Source: Octopus vulgaris
Lineage: Eukaryota
Direction of reading: 5' to 3'
NCBI GenBank assembly: GCA_951406725.2
Contig: OX597827.1
Location: 56,792,001-56,856,000, forward strand
DNA length: 64,000 bases
Shown: positions 11,241-25,046 of the stretch, piece after piece
Layout: each line of letters starts with the position of its first letter
Numbering within the stretch: the first letter of the stretch is position 1
The notes under the pieces: generated by a model
Told to the model about the DNA's origin: nothing
Databases searched by the model: none
What the model saw: only the letters and a program-made list of their open reading frames with translations
Position numbers and translations under genes: made by a program

Positions 11241-12707
11241 TATATATATATATATATCAGCCAGTAATGGATATGCTCTAGTGGTTAAGACCAAGCAACT
11301 GACAAACAAATTTGTGGTATTGAGCAGAATATTTGCTATAATGATATTTTTGCTTCAGCTACTCAGTGCTGGATCTATGTGAAATGTAATGGAAAATAAG
11401 TGAGTTTCAAAACATAGACGTCCAGGTTAGAAAAGCAGAGTTTGTAGGGAATAGTAGTGATTTCCTTTGATTTCTAAATAGGCGATAATACTTACTGGCC
11501 AAAGAAAAGGAAAAAGAACCCCATTTTGTTACACAGTGTTATTGTTGTACAGTCTCAGATGAATTCTAGCATGCAAGTTACTTGTGAAAAGAAAACTCCA
11601 AAAATGAGGTGTGACCTTAATTAATTATATCTAATTAGTAAAGAGCCAAAGATACATATTTATGCATCAGTAAACCCAGCTTTTTTTTCTCTGAGTAAAA
11701 ATATTTCCTGACAGACTGAACATTCTATTTCCATTCCAATCAATACAACACACTCTAACACAGCTGAATTCTGAATAGTACTGAAATACTGAAGAACGAC
11801 CTCAGGATGCTGAATTTTTCAGGGAAGATCACAAAGTATTGAGATGCTTGGCGTGACCCCCACCCCCAGCAGAAGTGTTAAAACTGGTCTTTCTCATGGT
11901 GTAAAGCACTCATGGTTGTGCTGTGTAAAAGTGCCCAGCATACTCTGTATGGTGGTTGGCATTAGGAAGGGCATCCAGCCATAAGAACCATGCCAAATCA
12001 GACTGGAGTCTGGTGCAGCTTCCCACCTTGCCAGCTCTGGTCAAACTGTCCAACCCATGCCAGCATGGACAGTGGATGTTAAAGGATGATGATGATGACG
12101 ATGATGATGATAATGATGGTGATGGTGGTGGTGGTGATGTGTAAATAGGAAATTACTCTCTTAAATTAAAAAAAAAATTCTTTTAGAATCTAAGTATGAA
12201 AATTTGATTAAGCCTGTTAATTAAATACAATATCAATTAAGGAAAACTTCTTGCTTAGATATTATTATTAATTGCGTAAATAAATCACTTACAATTATTT
12301 CAGGAAAGTTTTGTCATATTTTCTGTTTCCTCAATATTTTCTGTTTTCTCAGTTATTTCTTGAAGTTAAAAACATATAAATTTGATTGATATTTGTTTGA
12401 ATACAGTTAAAGAAATAATATCAAATAAACTATATGAGAAAAGAGAGAAAGATTTCCTGTTAACTTCTTTACTGTTTGACATATTTAATATGTAAACTGT
12501 TTTCCTTTTTACACGGAAGGCATTTGAAATGTAATTTGGTTTTTAATAATTTTTATTTTTCACATCTCCGAAATATTTCTTTCTCTTTAGTTTTGTAAAT
12601 GTTATTAGCAAAATAAATTTTTCATTGTTGTGTCAATATATTTCAGATAAATGCTTATTTAATTTTCTGTTACAGTCCGTGAATACTTTTTCTGTTGAAT
12701 TCACTAG

Positions 12708-12863
12708 GTTGACAGTATTGAGAGCTTTGATTGGCAGAAACAACTCCGCTATTATTGGGATACCACCACAGACATGTGTATTATCCATATGTCTAATTCC
12801 GATTATTTCTATGGTTACGAGTACCTTGGGGCTTCTCCAAGACTTGTTATAACACCCTTAACG
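12708..12863 (+). CDS. DNAH6: Dynein heavy chain exon (VDSIESFDWQKQLRYYW...YGYEYLG...RLVITPLT)
   Basis: cactag acceptor, gtaagg donor, 156 nt, hallmark motifs. Confidence 0.93.
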
Positions 12864-13817
12864 GTAAGGATAATTTTTTTTTTCAAGTAGCCTAGTCATT
12901 TGAAAGACAAGAAAATTCTACATTAACCTTAATTTTATTGAAATAGAGCCTCTTCATGTATATGTGGACATTCAGGGTTCAGGGTGCAGGGGATGCAAGC
13001 ACCCTTCCTTAAATTTTTAGTGGGTGCAAAATCAAGATTTGCACCCCTACTTACTTTTCTCAGGTTTAGCAAACAGTTGTGTAAAAGAAAGTAGTTTGAA
13101 GTCAGGTTGACCAACATGTTGGAAAGTAACTCCTTTCTGGAAAATTCTCCCCTGATGAAATACCCAATTAACCAGTTTTAATATGAAAATTTTGAATTGA
13201 TTTAATTTAATTTCTCTAATTGAATTAATCAGTTATGGAAATGGCTGTGGGGATAAGAATTTCATATTATATTAATTTGAAAATCCTAGAATAAACTGAT
13301 GTCTATGTCAATTTCTCCATTTCCCTCTTTTTCTCAGTCATAAATAATTGAAATACCTATATCCATCAATGCAAAACTAACATATTTAATTTTTCACTGA
13401 ACACTGGTAAAAATCAGAGAACTAGGATACAAACATCCATTAAAGGATTATAGTCCTTGGTAAAATAAAATTTATATATATATATATATATATATATTAC
13501 GGAGATGTACTTGCATAGCAAGTTACCTGATCTGAGATCATGTGCTGGAACAAAAACAATTGCACCGTGGAAGGTGTTTATAAGCCATTTAAGAAACACA
13601 GCACGGAATTTTGTCTGTGAACGGGTCGTGGCCTCAAAACGACGAAAATATTTTGCCAAATTAAATTTAAATGTTGAAGTGAATCTAATGGTTTTTGTGT
13701 GTTTCTTAAATGGCTTATAAATATCTTCCATGCTGCAATTCTTTATGTATATGTGTGTGTGTGTGTATACACACACATACATATACATACATACATATAT
13801 GTATGTATGTATATATA

Positions 13818-14331
13818 TCTATATATATAAAACTGTAGTTGTGTGAGTGTCTGTCCCCTTCGATTTAGATTCCTAACTACTCCCACATTTTGCGGTGCAG
13901 TTTAACCAAATTCGGGTATCTTATAGTCGTGATTCATATCGAGCCCGTCTGGCTATTAGCGCGCGTCTACGATGAGTCTACGATTTAAAAAATAATTTAA
14001 CATCATTTTTTATTCCATTTTAATGCATAATATTTCGTGTGTCGATGGCGGCGGAGTTGGCGTCCACGCTCACAGCTGCACCTGTGTTGCTTTTCCCCCT
14101 TCTTCCCTCCCTCGTGAAGCTGTGGGGAAGGGAGTGTTTAAGAAATCAATGCCGTAAAGCATTGTCAAGGAGACCAGCGTTCTTTTAGAACAACGACTTC
14201 ATGGCTTGAAGACACCAAAACAGAAATGGCTAAGAAAGCCCGAATTGGCATCTATAAGGGAAGTAACTCTCTAAAAATGCTTATATAGTTATTTCCCTTA
14301 CAAACCCGAGCAACGCCGGGCGATACTGCTA

Positions 14332-14332
<1 letters not shown>
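13818..14332 (+). mobile_element. Non-autonomous Helitron
   Basis: 5' TC after A, subterminal hairpin CCCGAGCAACGCCGGG, 3' CTAG before T; second copy at 57326-57602. Confidence 0.85.
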
Positions 14333-14389
<57 letters not shown>

Positions 14390-16188
14390 GTATGTATGTG
14401 TGTAAACATACATGCTATCATCATCATTGAACATCCATGTTTCTTGCTGGCATGGGTTAGCTGGTTTGACAGGATCCAGTGGGCCCAAGGACTGCATTGT
14501 GTTCCACTGTCTGCTTTGATATGGTTTCCACAGCTGGATGCCCTTCCTAATGCAAATGACTTTACATTGTGTACAGAGGTTTTTTTTGTGCCCCTGGCAC
14601 CAGTGAGGTTGCAATGCAGTTTGCATGACTACAAAATCTGGTGTGGTGCTTGTGCTTTTTGTGAGTTGATGAAGGGTTAAACTTTGGCAGAAGGAAGAGA
14701 AAGGTGAGAAGGTTCTTATTGTACAGGAATTACATGGTTACTCACATTTTAAAGAGAGGGTAAGAATGATCAAATAGGAGCTGTAAGTCCAGGTAGATCT
14801 TCAAAGTATGAGGTGAGTAGAAGTGTGTGAGGACAGAGGGACTAAAAGTGTGGGTGGGTGGGTGTGACTTTGTAAAAGTGTATAGGTGGTGCAAGAGAGG
14901 AGGGAAATGAGAGATAGGTAACTCTATAAAGACTGGATGGAGTTGAAGGGTAAATGTAAGGAGTGGTGGATGACCAATGATGCATGACTTTTGGAAGGTA
15001 CAGGAATGTAGAAAAGGGCTTGGGGATAAAAATAGTGTTTATTAATAATGATTTAAGTGATTCACTTTCAGTACATACGTAATATATTATGTAAGGCTAG
15101 CCAAACAGGCAGACAGGCAATCAGGCAACAGTGGCGACGAGCACTGGGGCTCGCTGGAAGGAGAAAACAAAAAAATATAGGGTAACACATATCGTCAACA
15201 TTTATTTGCACATCTATTTTTTTGTAGCCAGAAAGCTGATCATTTTGAAAGCAAGGTGGACCACTTGATATTAGAATGTTGCAAAAGTTATTTCCCTTAC
15301 ATTGTAGCTCTCTCTCTATCTCTCTCTCTCGTTGCAATCAACGATTTGCGTATCTTTATTTTCTGACAATCTTTTATTTATTAGCTTTCACTTGTTTTAG
15401 TCATTAGAATACGGCCATGCTAGGGCACCACCTTAAAGAATTTTTAGTCGAATGAATCGACCCCAGCGCTTTTTCTCTTTTCAAGCCTGGTACATATTCT
15501 AGGGGTCTCTTTTTTTTCCCTAGCTGTTAAATTACAGGGATGTAAACGCACCAACACTGGTTAAGTGGTGGTGGTGGATAAATGCACACGCGCGAACACA
15601 CACACACGCACGAAGGGCTTTTTTCGGTTTCTGTCTACAAAATCCACTCATAAGGGTTTGGTCTGAGGCTATAAGAGAAGATACTTACCCAAGATATTTA
15701 CCCACTGAAGCTACAAGAAAAGATATTTACCCAAGATGTCACATAGTGGGACTGAACCCAGAACCATGTGGTTGTGAAGCAAGCTTCTTACCACACTGCC
15801 ATGCCTATGAACACTTCTGTTTTTCTTCTCAATTTAGTTATAACAAAGCTGGACTCTGCCCTCTAATATTTTATGATGCCTTTGCCAGAGCTGTCAGATA
15901 GGGTTTGTAAGTTTTTGTACTCTTAAGGAACGCGGGACTCTCTATTCTGGAATTTTGCTAGAATAATTTTTATACTAACTATTAACTCCTCCTCCTCCAT
16001 ACATATATATAAATATACATATATACAATGGGCTTCTTTCACTTTCCGTCTACCAAATCCACTCACAAGGCTTTGGTCAGCCCAAGGCTATAGTAGAAGA
16101 TACTTGCCCAAAGTGCCACGCAGTGTGACTGAACCTGGAACCATGTGGTTGGTAAGCAAGCTACTTACCACACAGCCACACCTGTGCC

Positions 16189-16233
<45 letters not shown>

Positions 16234-16807
16234 CATTTCTGCTAAAGGCACAAGGTCTGAAATTTCGTGGGAGGGGACTAGTTGATTACATTAACCCCAG
16301 TGTTTCATTGGTACTTAATTTATTGACCCCGAAAGGACAAAAGGCAAAGTTGACCTCAGCAGAATTTGAACTCAGCATGTAGCAACAGACAAAACACCAC
16401 TAAGCATTGCATCCAGTGTGCTAATGATTCTGCCAGCTCATTGCCTTGATAATAATAGTAATAATAATAATAATGATGACGATGCTGATGATCATTTCAT
16501 ATTTTGGTACAAGGTCATATGAAGGAACCTTGCTGAAACAGATACTGGAACTTGGTACGGCCCTTTGGTTCATCAGTTTATGTCAAGCTGTTCAACACAT
16601 GCTAGCTTGGAAAATTAGATGATGAAGGTGATGATGATGATAGCAGTCGTGGTGGTGGCAGTAGTGTGTGTGTGTAGCATGACCCCACTGGGTCTTCTTC
16701 CTCTGTTCACTTTCCCAGCTTCTCTTCATTCCACATTCCTACATTGTGACAGAAAAATAGAAACCAATGAAGAAGAAAAGAAAACTCACTTGGCCTTTTG
16801 TATAGAA

Positions 16808-18990
16808 CAGTGATTCTCAACCATTTTTAACCTATGGATACCATTTGATTCCTATTTTACTTGGATGTACCCTCATAGCCATTTGATATTTAAGAAGATC
16901 ACATATTTTTATTATTAGATTTTATTAGGAATTATATCTATACTAATAAATGGCAAGTTTGTGTGTTTGTGAATTTGTTACTTGAACTCCTCTGAGACTA
17001 TCCAACAGACCTTGATGAAACTTGACATATCTGTGGGGCTTATGCCCATGTGGTTGCTTATGCACTTGGAATTTAAAAAACATCAATTTTTAGTCAGTGT
17101 CGATTTTTCAAAAATCGTAAGATTTCGGCATTTTTTGCACTAGCCATTGTGACCTCAATTTGATGAAAAATGCTGAGATTTGATGAAAAATGTTTCATGG
17201 TTATAAACAGACAGCTTATCAACAGTAATCTAATTAGCATTTGCTAATTCTTCATTTCAATGCAAACTGTTTTGATTTGCTAAAACTTATTATTTCAATT
17301 CGTTGTTTTAATTCCCCAGTGTTTCAGGTTTTGATTAGGTAAGATCATTTTATTTCTCAAGCAAAATTCAAGCATTTTGTGCACTAGCCATCATGACATC
17401 AATTTGAAAAAATCTACCCCAAAGCATAAAATTTCACCATTTTATGCACATGCATAAAAATGATGACAACACGGGTTTGCTACCAGACTCTGCTTATTGT
17501 TTTGTCAGATTGGTCCTACCCATTAATGTAGATTTTAACTTATTGAAAAATGCCAAAATTTGACGAAAAATGTTTCATGTCTATCAACAGACATTGTATC
17601 AACAGTAATCTAATTAGCATTTGCTAATTCTTCATTTCAATGTGAATTGTTTTGATTTGCTAAAACTTATTATTTCAATTCGTTGTTTTAGTTCCCCAGC
17701 ATTTTGGGTTTTGATTAGCTGAGAGCATTTTTTTTCTCAAGCAAAATTTAGGCATTACTCTTTACTCTTACTCTTTTACTTGTTTCAGTCATTTGACTGT
17801 GGCCATGCTGGAGCACCACCTTTAGTCAAGCAAATCGACCCCAGGACTTATGCTTAGTAAGCCCAGTACTTCTTCTATCGGTGTCTTTTGCCGAACCGCT
17901 AAGTTACGGGGACATAAGCACGCCACCATCGGTTGTCAAGCGATGTTGGGGAGACAAACACAGACACATAGACATATACACACACATATACATATACATA
18001 TATACATATAAAGTACGGGCTTCTTTCAGTTTCCGTCTACCAAATCCACTCATAAGGCTTTGGTCGGCCCGAGGCTATAGTAAAAGACACTTACCCAAGG
18101 TGCCACGCAGTGGGACTGAACCCGGAACCATGTGGTTCGTAAGCAAGCTACTTTATTTCATTTAATTTGCCACAAGGGCAGCACACAGAGTAGCTACGGG
18201 CTGGACAAAGACATTAATGGATGATGGTGGTGGTGAATGAAGATGGTGATGGGAGAAGTCAGAAAGTGCCCGCCGGCTTTTGCTTCTCTAAGCTACTTAC
18301 CACACAGCCACTTCTACACCCATTGTGACATCAATTTGACAAAATCTGCTCCAAAGTGTAAAATTTCACCATTTTACACACAAGCACAAAAATGACGATG
18401 ACATGGGTTCACTACCAGATTCTGCTAATTTTTTTGTCAAATTGGTCCTACCCATTATTATAGATTTAAAATTTTTGAAAAATGTCAAAATTTGCCGAAA
18501 AATGTTTAATGGTAATATTTTATCGGATACCTCAACTAGTATTATATAAAAAGAAAATTGTTAAAATGTTTTGTGAATTGTAGAAGTATAAGCAATTTAT
18601 TACTTGTAAATTTTAACAATGTGGAGGCACATGGCCTAGTGGTTAGAGCAGCAGACTCGCAGTCGAGGGATCGCAGGTTCGAATCTCAGACCGGGTGATG
18701 TGTGTGTGTTTTGAGCGAAACACCTAAGCTCCACGTGGCTCTGGCAGAAGGTAATGACGAACTTCTGCTGATTCTTTTGCCAGAACTTTCTCTCATTCTT
18801 TCCTCTTGCATCATGCAACTCACCTGCGAGGGACCACCGTCCCATCCAGGTGGGGAACCTATAATCCAAGGAAACCGGGAAACTGGCCCTTATGAGCCAG
18901 GCATGACTTGAGAAAGAAGGAACGAAATTTTAATAGCAAAATCTTATATGTTCCCTCAAGGGCCATATGGACCCTGGTTGAGAACCGCTG
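16808..18990. mobile_element. hAT-type MITE expanded by nested insertions
   Basis: TIRs CAGTGATTCTCAACCA / TGGTTGAGAACCGCTG; perfect 8-bp TSD GTATAGAA (16800-16807, 18991-18998). Confidence 0.88.
16937..18539 (+). mobile_element. Non-autonomous Helitron with internal tandem repeats, nested in the hAT MITE
   Basis: A|TCTATACTAATAAA start, CTAG|T end, internal ~370-bp-period repeated blocks (17170-17755, 18320-18510). Confidence 0.7.
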
Positions 18991-19573
18991 GTATAGAAGA
19001 TAACAAAATGTTGGGTTGTTTTAGAAATCTGTGACATTGGCAGTTGGGAACAAAGGGGTGAAAACAAAATAAAAAGGGGAAAAATACAGTTTGCACTTTT
19101 TCCTTTTACTTTAACATTTTGAATTGAAAATCTCTCATTAAGAGAGACATAGAAGATGAGCTTAGATCTGTCCTGCCCAGAAATGTGAAGAAGAAGTTAG
19201 GTGACTACATGTGCAGAATGGAAGTATTATGTTAACCAATTAGTGTCATACAACTCTTGTCTGTTATTAATGGAAGGATTAAATTTATTAACAAAGATAG
19301 TGTTCTTAATCCTCACATTTCCAAATTCTTTTCTCTAACCATAATGTGCTGGGTATGACATTTCTTTTTTTTACTTGTTTCAGTCATTACACTGTGGCTA
19401 TGCTGAGGCACTGCATTGAAGAGTTTTTAGTCGGAAGAATTGGCTCCTGTATGTTCTTTTAAGCCTGGTACTTATTCTACCAGTCTCTTTTACTGAGCTG
19501 CTAGCTTACAGGAATGTAAAGACACCAACATTGGTTGTCAAACAGACATAAAGACACTCATGTATATATATAT

Positions 19574-19742
19574 GGTATAGGAGTGGCTGTGTGGTATGTA
19601 GCTTGCTTACCAACCACATGGTTCCAGGTTCAGTACCACTGCGTGGCACCTTGGACAAGTGTCTTCTTCTATAGCCTCGGGCCAACCAAAGCCTTGTGAG
19701 TGGATTTGATAGACGGAAACTGAAAGAAGCCCATTATATATA

Positions 19743-19803
<61 letters not shown>

Positions 19804-20005
19804 GTGTATGTTTGTGTGTCTGTGTTTGTTCTCCCCCAACATCGCTTGTGGTGTGTTTACGTCCCCGTAACTTAGCGGTTTGGCAAAAGAGACTGATAGA
19901 ATGAGTACTAGGCTTACAAAGAATAAATCCTGGTGTCAATTTGCTCGACTAAAGGCGGTGCTCCAGCATGGCCACAGTCAAATGACTGAAACAAGTAAAA
20001 GAGAG
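19574..20005 (+). mobile_element. tRNA-derived SINE, family A (other copies ~15385-15810-, 29318-29697-, 30145-30620+, 36970-37412-, 51325-51682-, 52370-52815-)
   Basis: Same head, core, (TG)n and tail as other copies; boundaries approximate. Confidence 0.85.
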
Positions 20006-20009
20006 TAAA

Positions 20010-20056
<47 letters not shown>

Positions 20057-20082
20057 TGTATGTATGTATGTGTGTATGTCTC

Positions 20083-20119
<37 letters not shown>

Positions 20120-20526
20120 GATGGGTTTCTTTCAGTTTCTGTCTACTATTCCCTTCAAACTTTGCTTTTATGACCTGGACATCATTGTTTTGAAACTGAC
20201 CTATTTTCCATTACACTTCAGACACACTCAACACTGAGTTGCTGAAGCAGAAATATCATTATAGCAAATATTCTGCTCAGTACCACAGATTTGTTCATCA
20301 TTTTTCATTCTTTCTAGGAGTAAGCAAATAGGAAATAGTGTTGATACCCAAGAACAAAAATGATGTTACACAATGTAATGTTTACCTACAATCCTATGAG
20401 AGATACTGGCCTAATTTTAAAACCTTCCAATAAAATTCAGACCATTTGCAACAGTATTCTCTCACCGAAGCTGCCATGCTTTAATGATAAAAATCACAGT
20501 TGTATAGAGAGAGACTGAACATGCAA

Positions 20527-21266
20527 CTAGTATTCTCTGGTCCTTTCCTGAGAGAATGTCTGTGTAGGAATCAGTCCACATATGCCAACAATGTATGCAT
20601 ACTGGCTAGCTGCCTCATCAGCAATGTGAACATATATTTGTAGGCCTACATATTGTACCACATGGTTTGTAATAAATGTAGTGGATCTTGTGGCTGATGC
20701 ACTGTTTGTAAAAGTGGAGGTACATGGCCTAGTGGTTTGAGCAGCGGACTCGCGGCCGAGGGATCGCGGGTTCGAATCTAGGATTGGGCAATGTGTGTAT
20801 TTATGAGCAAAACACCTAAGCTCCATGCAGCTCTAGCAGAAGGTAATGGCGAACTTCTGCTGACTCTTTCGCCACAACTTTCTCTCACTCTTTCCTCCTG
20901 CATCTTGCAGCTCACCTGCGACTGACCGGCGTCCCGTCCAGGTGGGGAACCTATACGCCAAGGAAACTGGGAAACTGGCCCTTATGAGCCTGGCATGGCT
21001 CGAGAAGGAACAAACAAAACAACAACACTGTTTGTAAACCGCATACTTGTGTTAAAGAAGATATGCATACAAATGCTTCTTCTGATAAAATTTGACTGGA
21101 GAAATGCCATTTCCAAGATATTATGTTCTTCATCAAAGTCACAGAATGGAATATTGGAAACCTGTAGATTAACAAGATTATCCTTTTTAATAAACTTAAG
21201 GCTTCCATTGATATCAGTGAAGATTTGCATAGTGCTAATTTGTTGATAAACACCTCTAATATTCAC
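20527..21266 (-). pseudogene. Possible DNA-transposase relic split by a SINE
   Basis: Removing the SINE and one TSD joins two ORFs in frame (~137 aa) containing DFDE.(10).QS..H and DEAASQY. Confidence 0.35.
20713..21025 (+). mobile_element. tRNA-derived SINE with 13-bp target-site duplication (related copies ~18621-18925, 21649-21960, 41100-41360-)
   Basis: A box TGGCCTAGTGG, B box GGTTCGAATC, (CAA)-rich tail, TSD CACTGTTTGTAAA at 20700-20712 and 21026-21038. Confidence 0.88.
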
Positions 21267-22025
21267 ATGCTACAACTTCTTAACTTCTCCATATATCTCT
21301 ATAGAGCAGATCTAAGCTTGTTTTGTATTTTTTTTCTTTTCATGAGAGGCTTTAAATCTGAAATATTTAGATTTAAGGCAAAAGTGTAAACTCTTTTAGT
21401 TTCAGTTTGCTTTGTCATAGCTTCCTACACTGATTTAACACTATTCCACAGTCCTTCGTTTAAACTATGCTATTCTTTTAAAATGCTGAAATGCCACAGT
21501 TAGAGAAAGGTTTCTATAAAAAAAATAAATAATAAATGATTAAAGTTAGAAATTTTCAGATTGCAATTCTCAGTATTTCTGAGATCTTTTATCTTTTCCC
21601 TTTTAACTGCTTCAGTCATTGGACTGCAACCTTAAATGGTGGTGTGTAGAGGCACATGGCCTAGTGGTTTGAGCAGTGGACTCGCGGTTGAGGGATTGTG
21701 AGTTCAAATCTCAGACCGGGCGATGTATGTGTTTATGAGTGAAACTCCTAAAGCTCCATGAGGCTCCGGCAGGGGTTGGTGGTGATCCCTGCTGTACTCT
21801 TTCACCACAACTTATTCTCACTCTTTCTTCTGTTGGCCTGCTCGCTTAGCCAGCGGGGGTGGGGGGTGTCATTTGAATGCTAAAACAATGCAAAGCGCAT
21901 TGTGACCAGTGATGTGTTGCAACATCTGATAGCCTGGTCGGTCATGGTGATCACGGTGATATATATATACATATATGCCAGCGTGTAAAGCAGACATTAA
22001 ATGACATTGATGATAATGATAATGA

Positions 22026-22070
<45 letters not shown>

Positions 22071-22071
<1 letters not shown>

Positions 22072-22273
22072 CGGGAAGGTTTACGAAAATAAACAAAAGA
22101 CGAAGGCAGGTGGAGTACAAACAAATAAATGTATTAGTATGGCGCTCAAGAATAGAGATAGAACAAGTCTTTTATGTTTCGAGCCTACGCTCTTTGACAG
22201 AAAGGTTCACAGAAAAAAAAAACAAGGAAAGAAAAAAATGCGTGTAGGAGCTAACAATCTATCATGGCGTTGA

Positions 22274-22275
<2 letters not shown>
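22071..22275 (-). mobile_element. (TA)n-embedded ~200-bp repeat, probable solo Penelope-like terminal repeat with minimal hammerhead variant
   Basis: Homologous to 57912-58114; both flanked by (TA)n; motif at 22169-22204. Confidence 0.6.
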
Positions 22276-22319
<44 letters not shown>

Positions 22320-22908
22320 GACCAGATCATTGGTATATAAAGAAAAACTGATATTTAATTATTACAAAAATAAAATAAAAATGAATATAATGATAAGTGT
22401 GTATTCTAAGTGGCTATCATGGCTCTACAGTTGTATGAATTTCTCTAGAAATATTTATTTCATTAGAAAATACTACTTAGCTTTTAGTTAGCTGTTAAGC
22501 TTCTAATTTAATGCTACTATTGTTTTTACTATTATCATTACCTGTCTTGTTCCTACTTCATGTCTGCTACACATACTACAATACTATTACAAATCAAACT
22601 TCCTGATATAACAAGGAATAGTTATATCAGAAGCAGAATTTCTGACATTTGAGGGTTTAACAATATAACCTGAAGTAATTTTGGCACGCAGTAATGAAAA
22701 ATGCTATGTAATTCAATAAATCTATTGAGCACTCTGGTAGTGTTACACATTTACTAAAGGCAAAAAGTGGGATGCTATGTGAATTTGTCTTCTTCTTAGT
22801 TAACCAGATTATATTTAATAATGTAGTTAGTCAGTACCAGTCAGTTATATGCCAGTGGAACAGAAGATGTGCAAGAATGTTCTTATAGAAAGAACAATTG
22901 GCGATATG

Positions 22909-22960
<52 letters not shown>

Positions 22961-23002
22961 AGTGAGTGTGTATACATATATATATATATGCATGTATCTA
23001 TC

Positions 23003-23730
<728 letters not shown>

Positions 23731-24528
23731 GTATGTGTGTGTATGTGAAAAGAAAGTGACTGAAGATTAGAATTATTTAATATTCATTGCTTGAAAGAAG
23801 AGAGATAAATGCTGAACAGTGAGTAAACTTGAGAAATGAGGTAGCAAAAAGATTAAAAAAAAAAGGGAAAAATATTGTATATATATAGTTGCTAGCGAAT
23901 GAATAGATGTTAGCATGGGGGAAAATTGACATGAAAGGGGGAATTGTAAAGAAATTTGTGAGAAAAAAAATATTATATTATCTTTAACCTACATTGGATT
24001 GATATTTTGAATATTAAAGCTTACTGAATATATTTTGCAACTCTAAAACACTTTTTTATTATGAACTTTTTCTATGAATACTTCTCAATTCAAGGGAAAT
24101 ATGTGAATGATAATCAACAGCTATGCAGATATAGCTGTAAATATTTTTTCTTCAAATTCCAAATCCTGAGATTTGAGAAAATCGCATTCCATGAATTTGG
24201 CTTCCTTCTCTATGAAACAGCCACTTATTTTTTTGATAATATATTAACTATATAGTAACATGGAGAGGTGCAGGGCCCATATTGTTTGTTGGTCATCCTA
24301 GTCTATCTATTTTATTTTAAAGTTTCAATTTGTTCTCTATTGTATTACATATATATTTTATTACATAGGCACAGGTGTGGTTGGTGTGGTAAGAAACTTG
24401 CTTGCCAACCATATGGTTCCATGTTCAGTCCCACTGTGTGGCACGTTGGAAAAGTGTCTTCTGCTGTAGTTTTGAACCAACCAAAGCTTTGTAATTGGAT
24501 TTGGTTGACAGAAACTGAAAGAAGCCTG

Positions 24529-24570
<42 letters not shown>

Positions 24571-25012
24571 TCACATACACACACACATGTACAAAAGCAC
24601 AATTAAAGGTTACAAACCTCATTCAGGGATATTAAAATCCTATGACAGTACTTGTTAGTTAGCTATACAGAGAATATTGAACATTATATGAATATATTGT
24701 TTTACAACTCCATTTTACACAACCTTACTCCCCTTCTTAGGTCTCTACCATTTTTACACTATGTTCTTTATATATAAATTTTATCAGTTAACGGTTTGCA
24801 GCCGTTTACTCAACATGCAGGAATTGAACACCTATTTTGTATAATTTTATCTACCCACTACATTCTTGGAGTGGTTGGCATTAGGAAGGACATCCAGCTG
24901 TAGAAACCTTGCCAGATCAATAAGATTATAGCCTGGTGCAGCCTCCTTGCTTGCCAGTCCAACCTATGCCAGCATGGAAAGCAGACATTAAACGGTGATG
25001 ATGAGGATGATG

Positions 25013-25046
<34 letters not shown>

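Noticed and set aside
13606-13650. CTGTGAA..AAAACGAC as another hammerhead
   Set aside because: It lacks GAAA and an NUH triplet, and an alternative simple stem explains it; not supportable from one copy.
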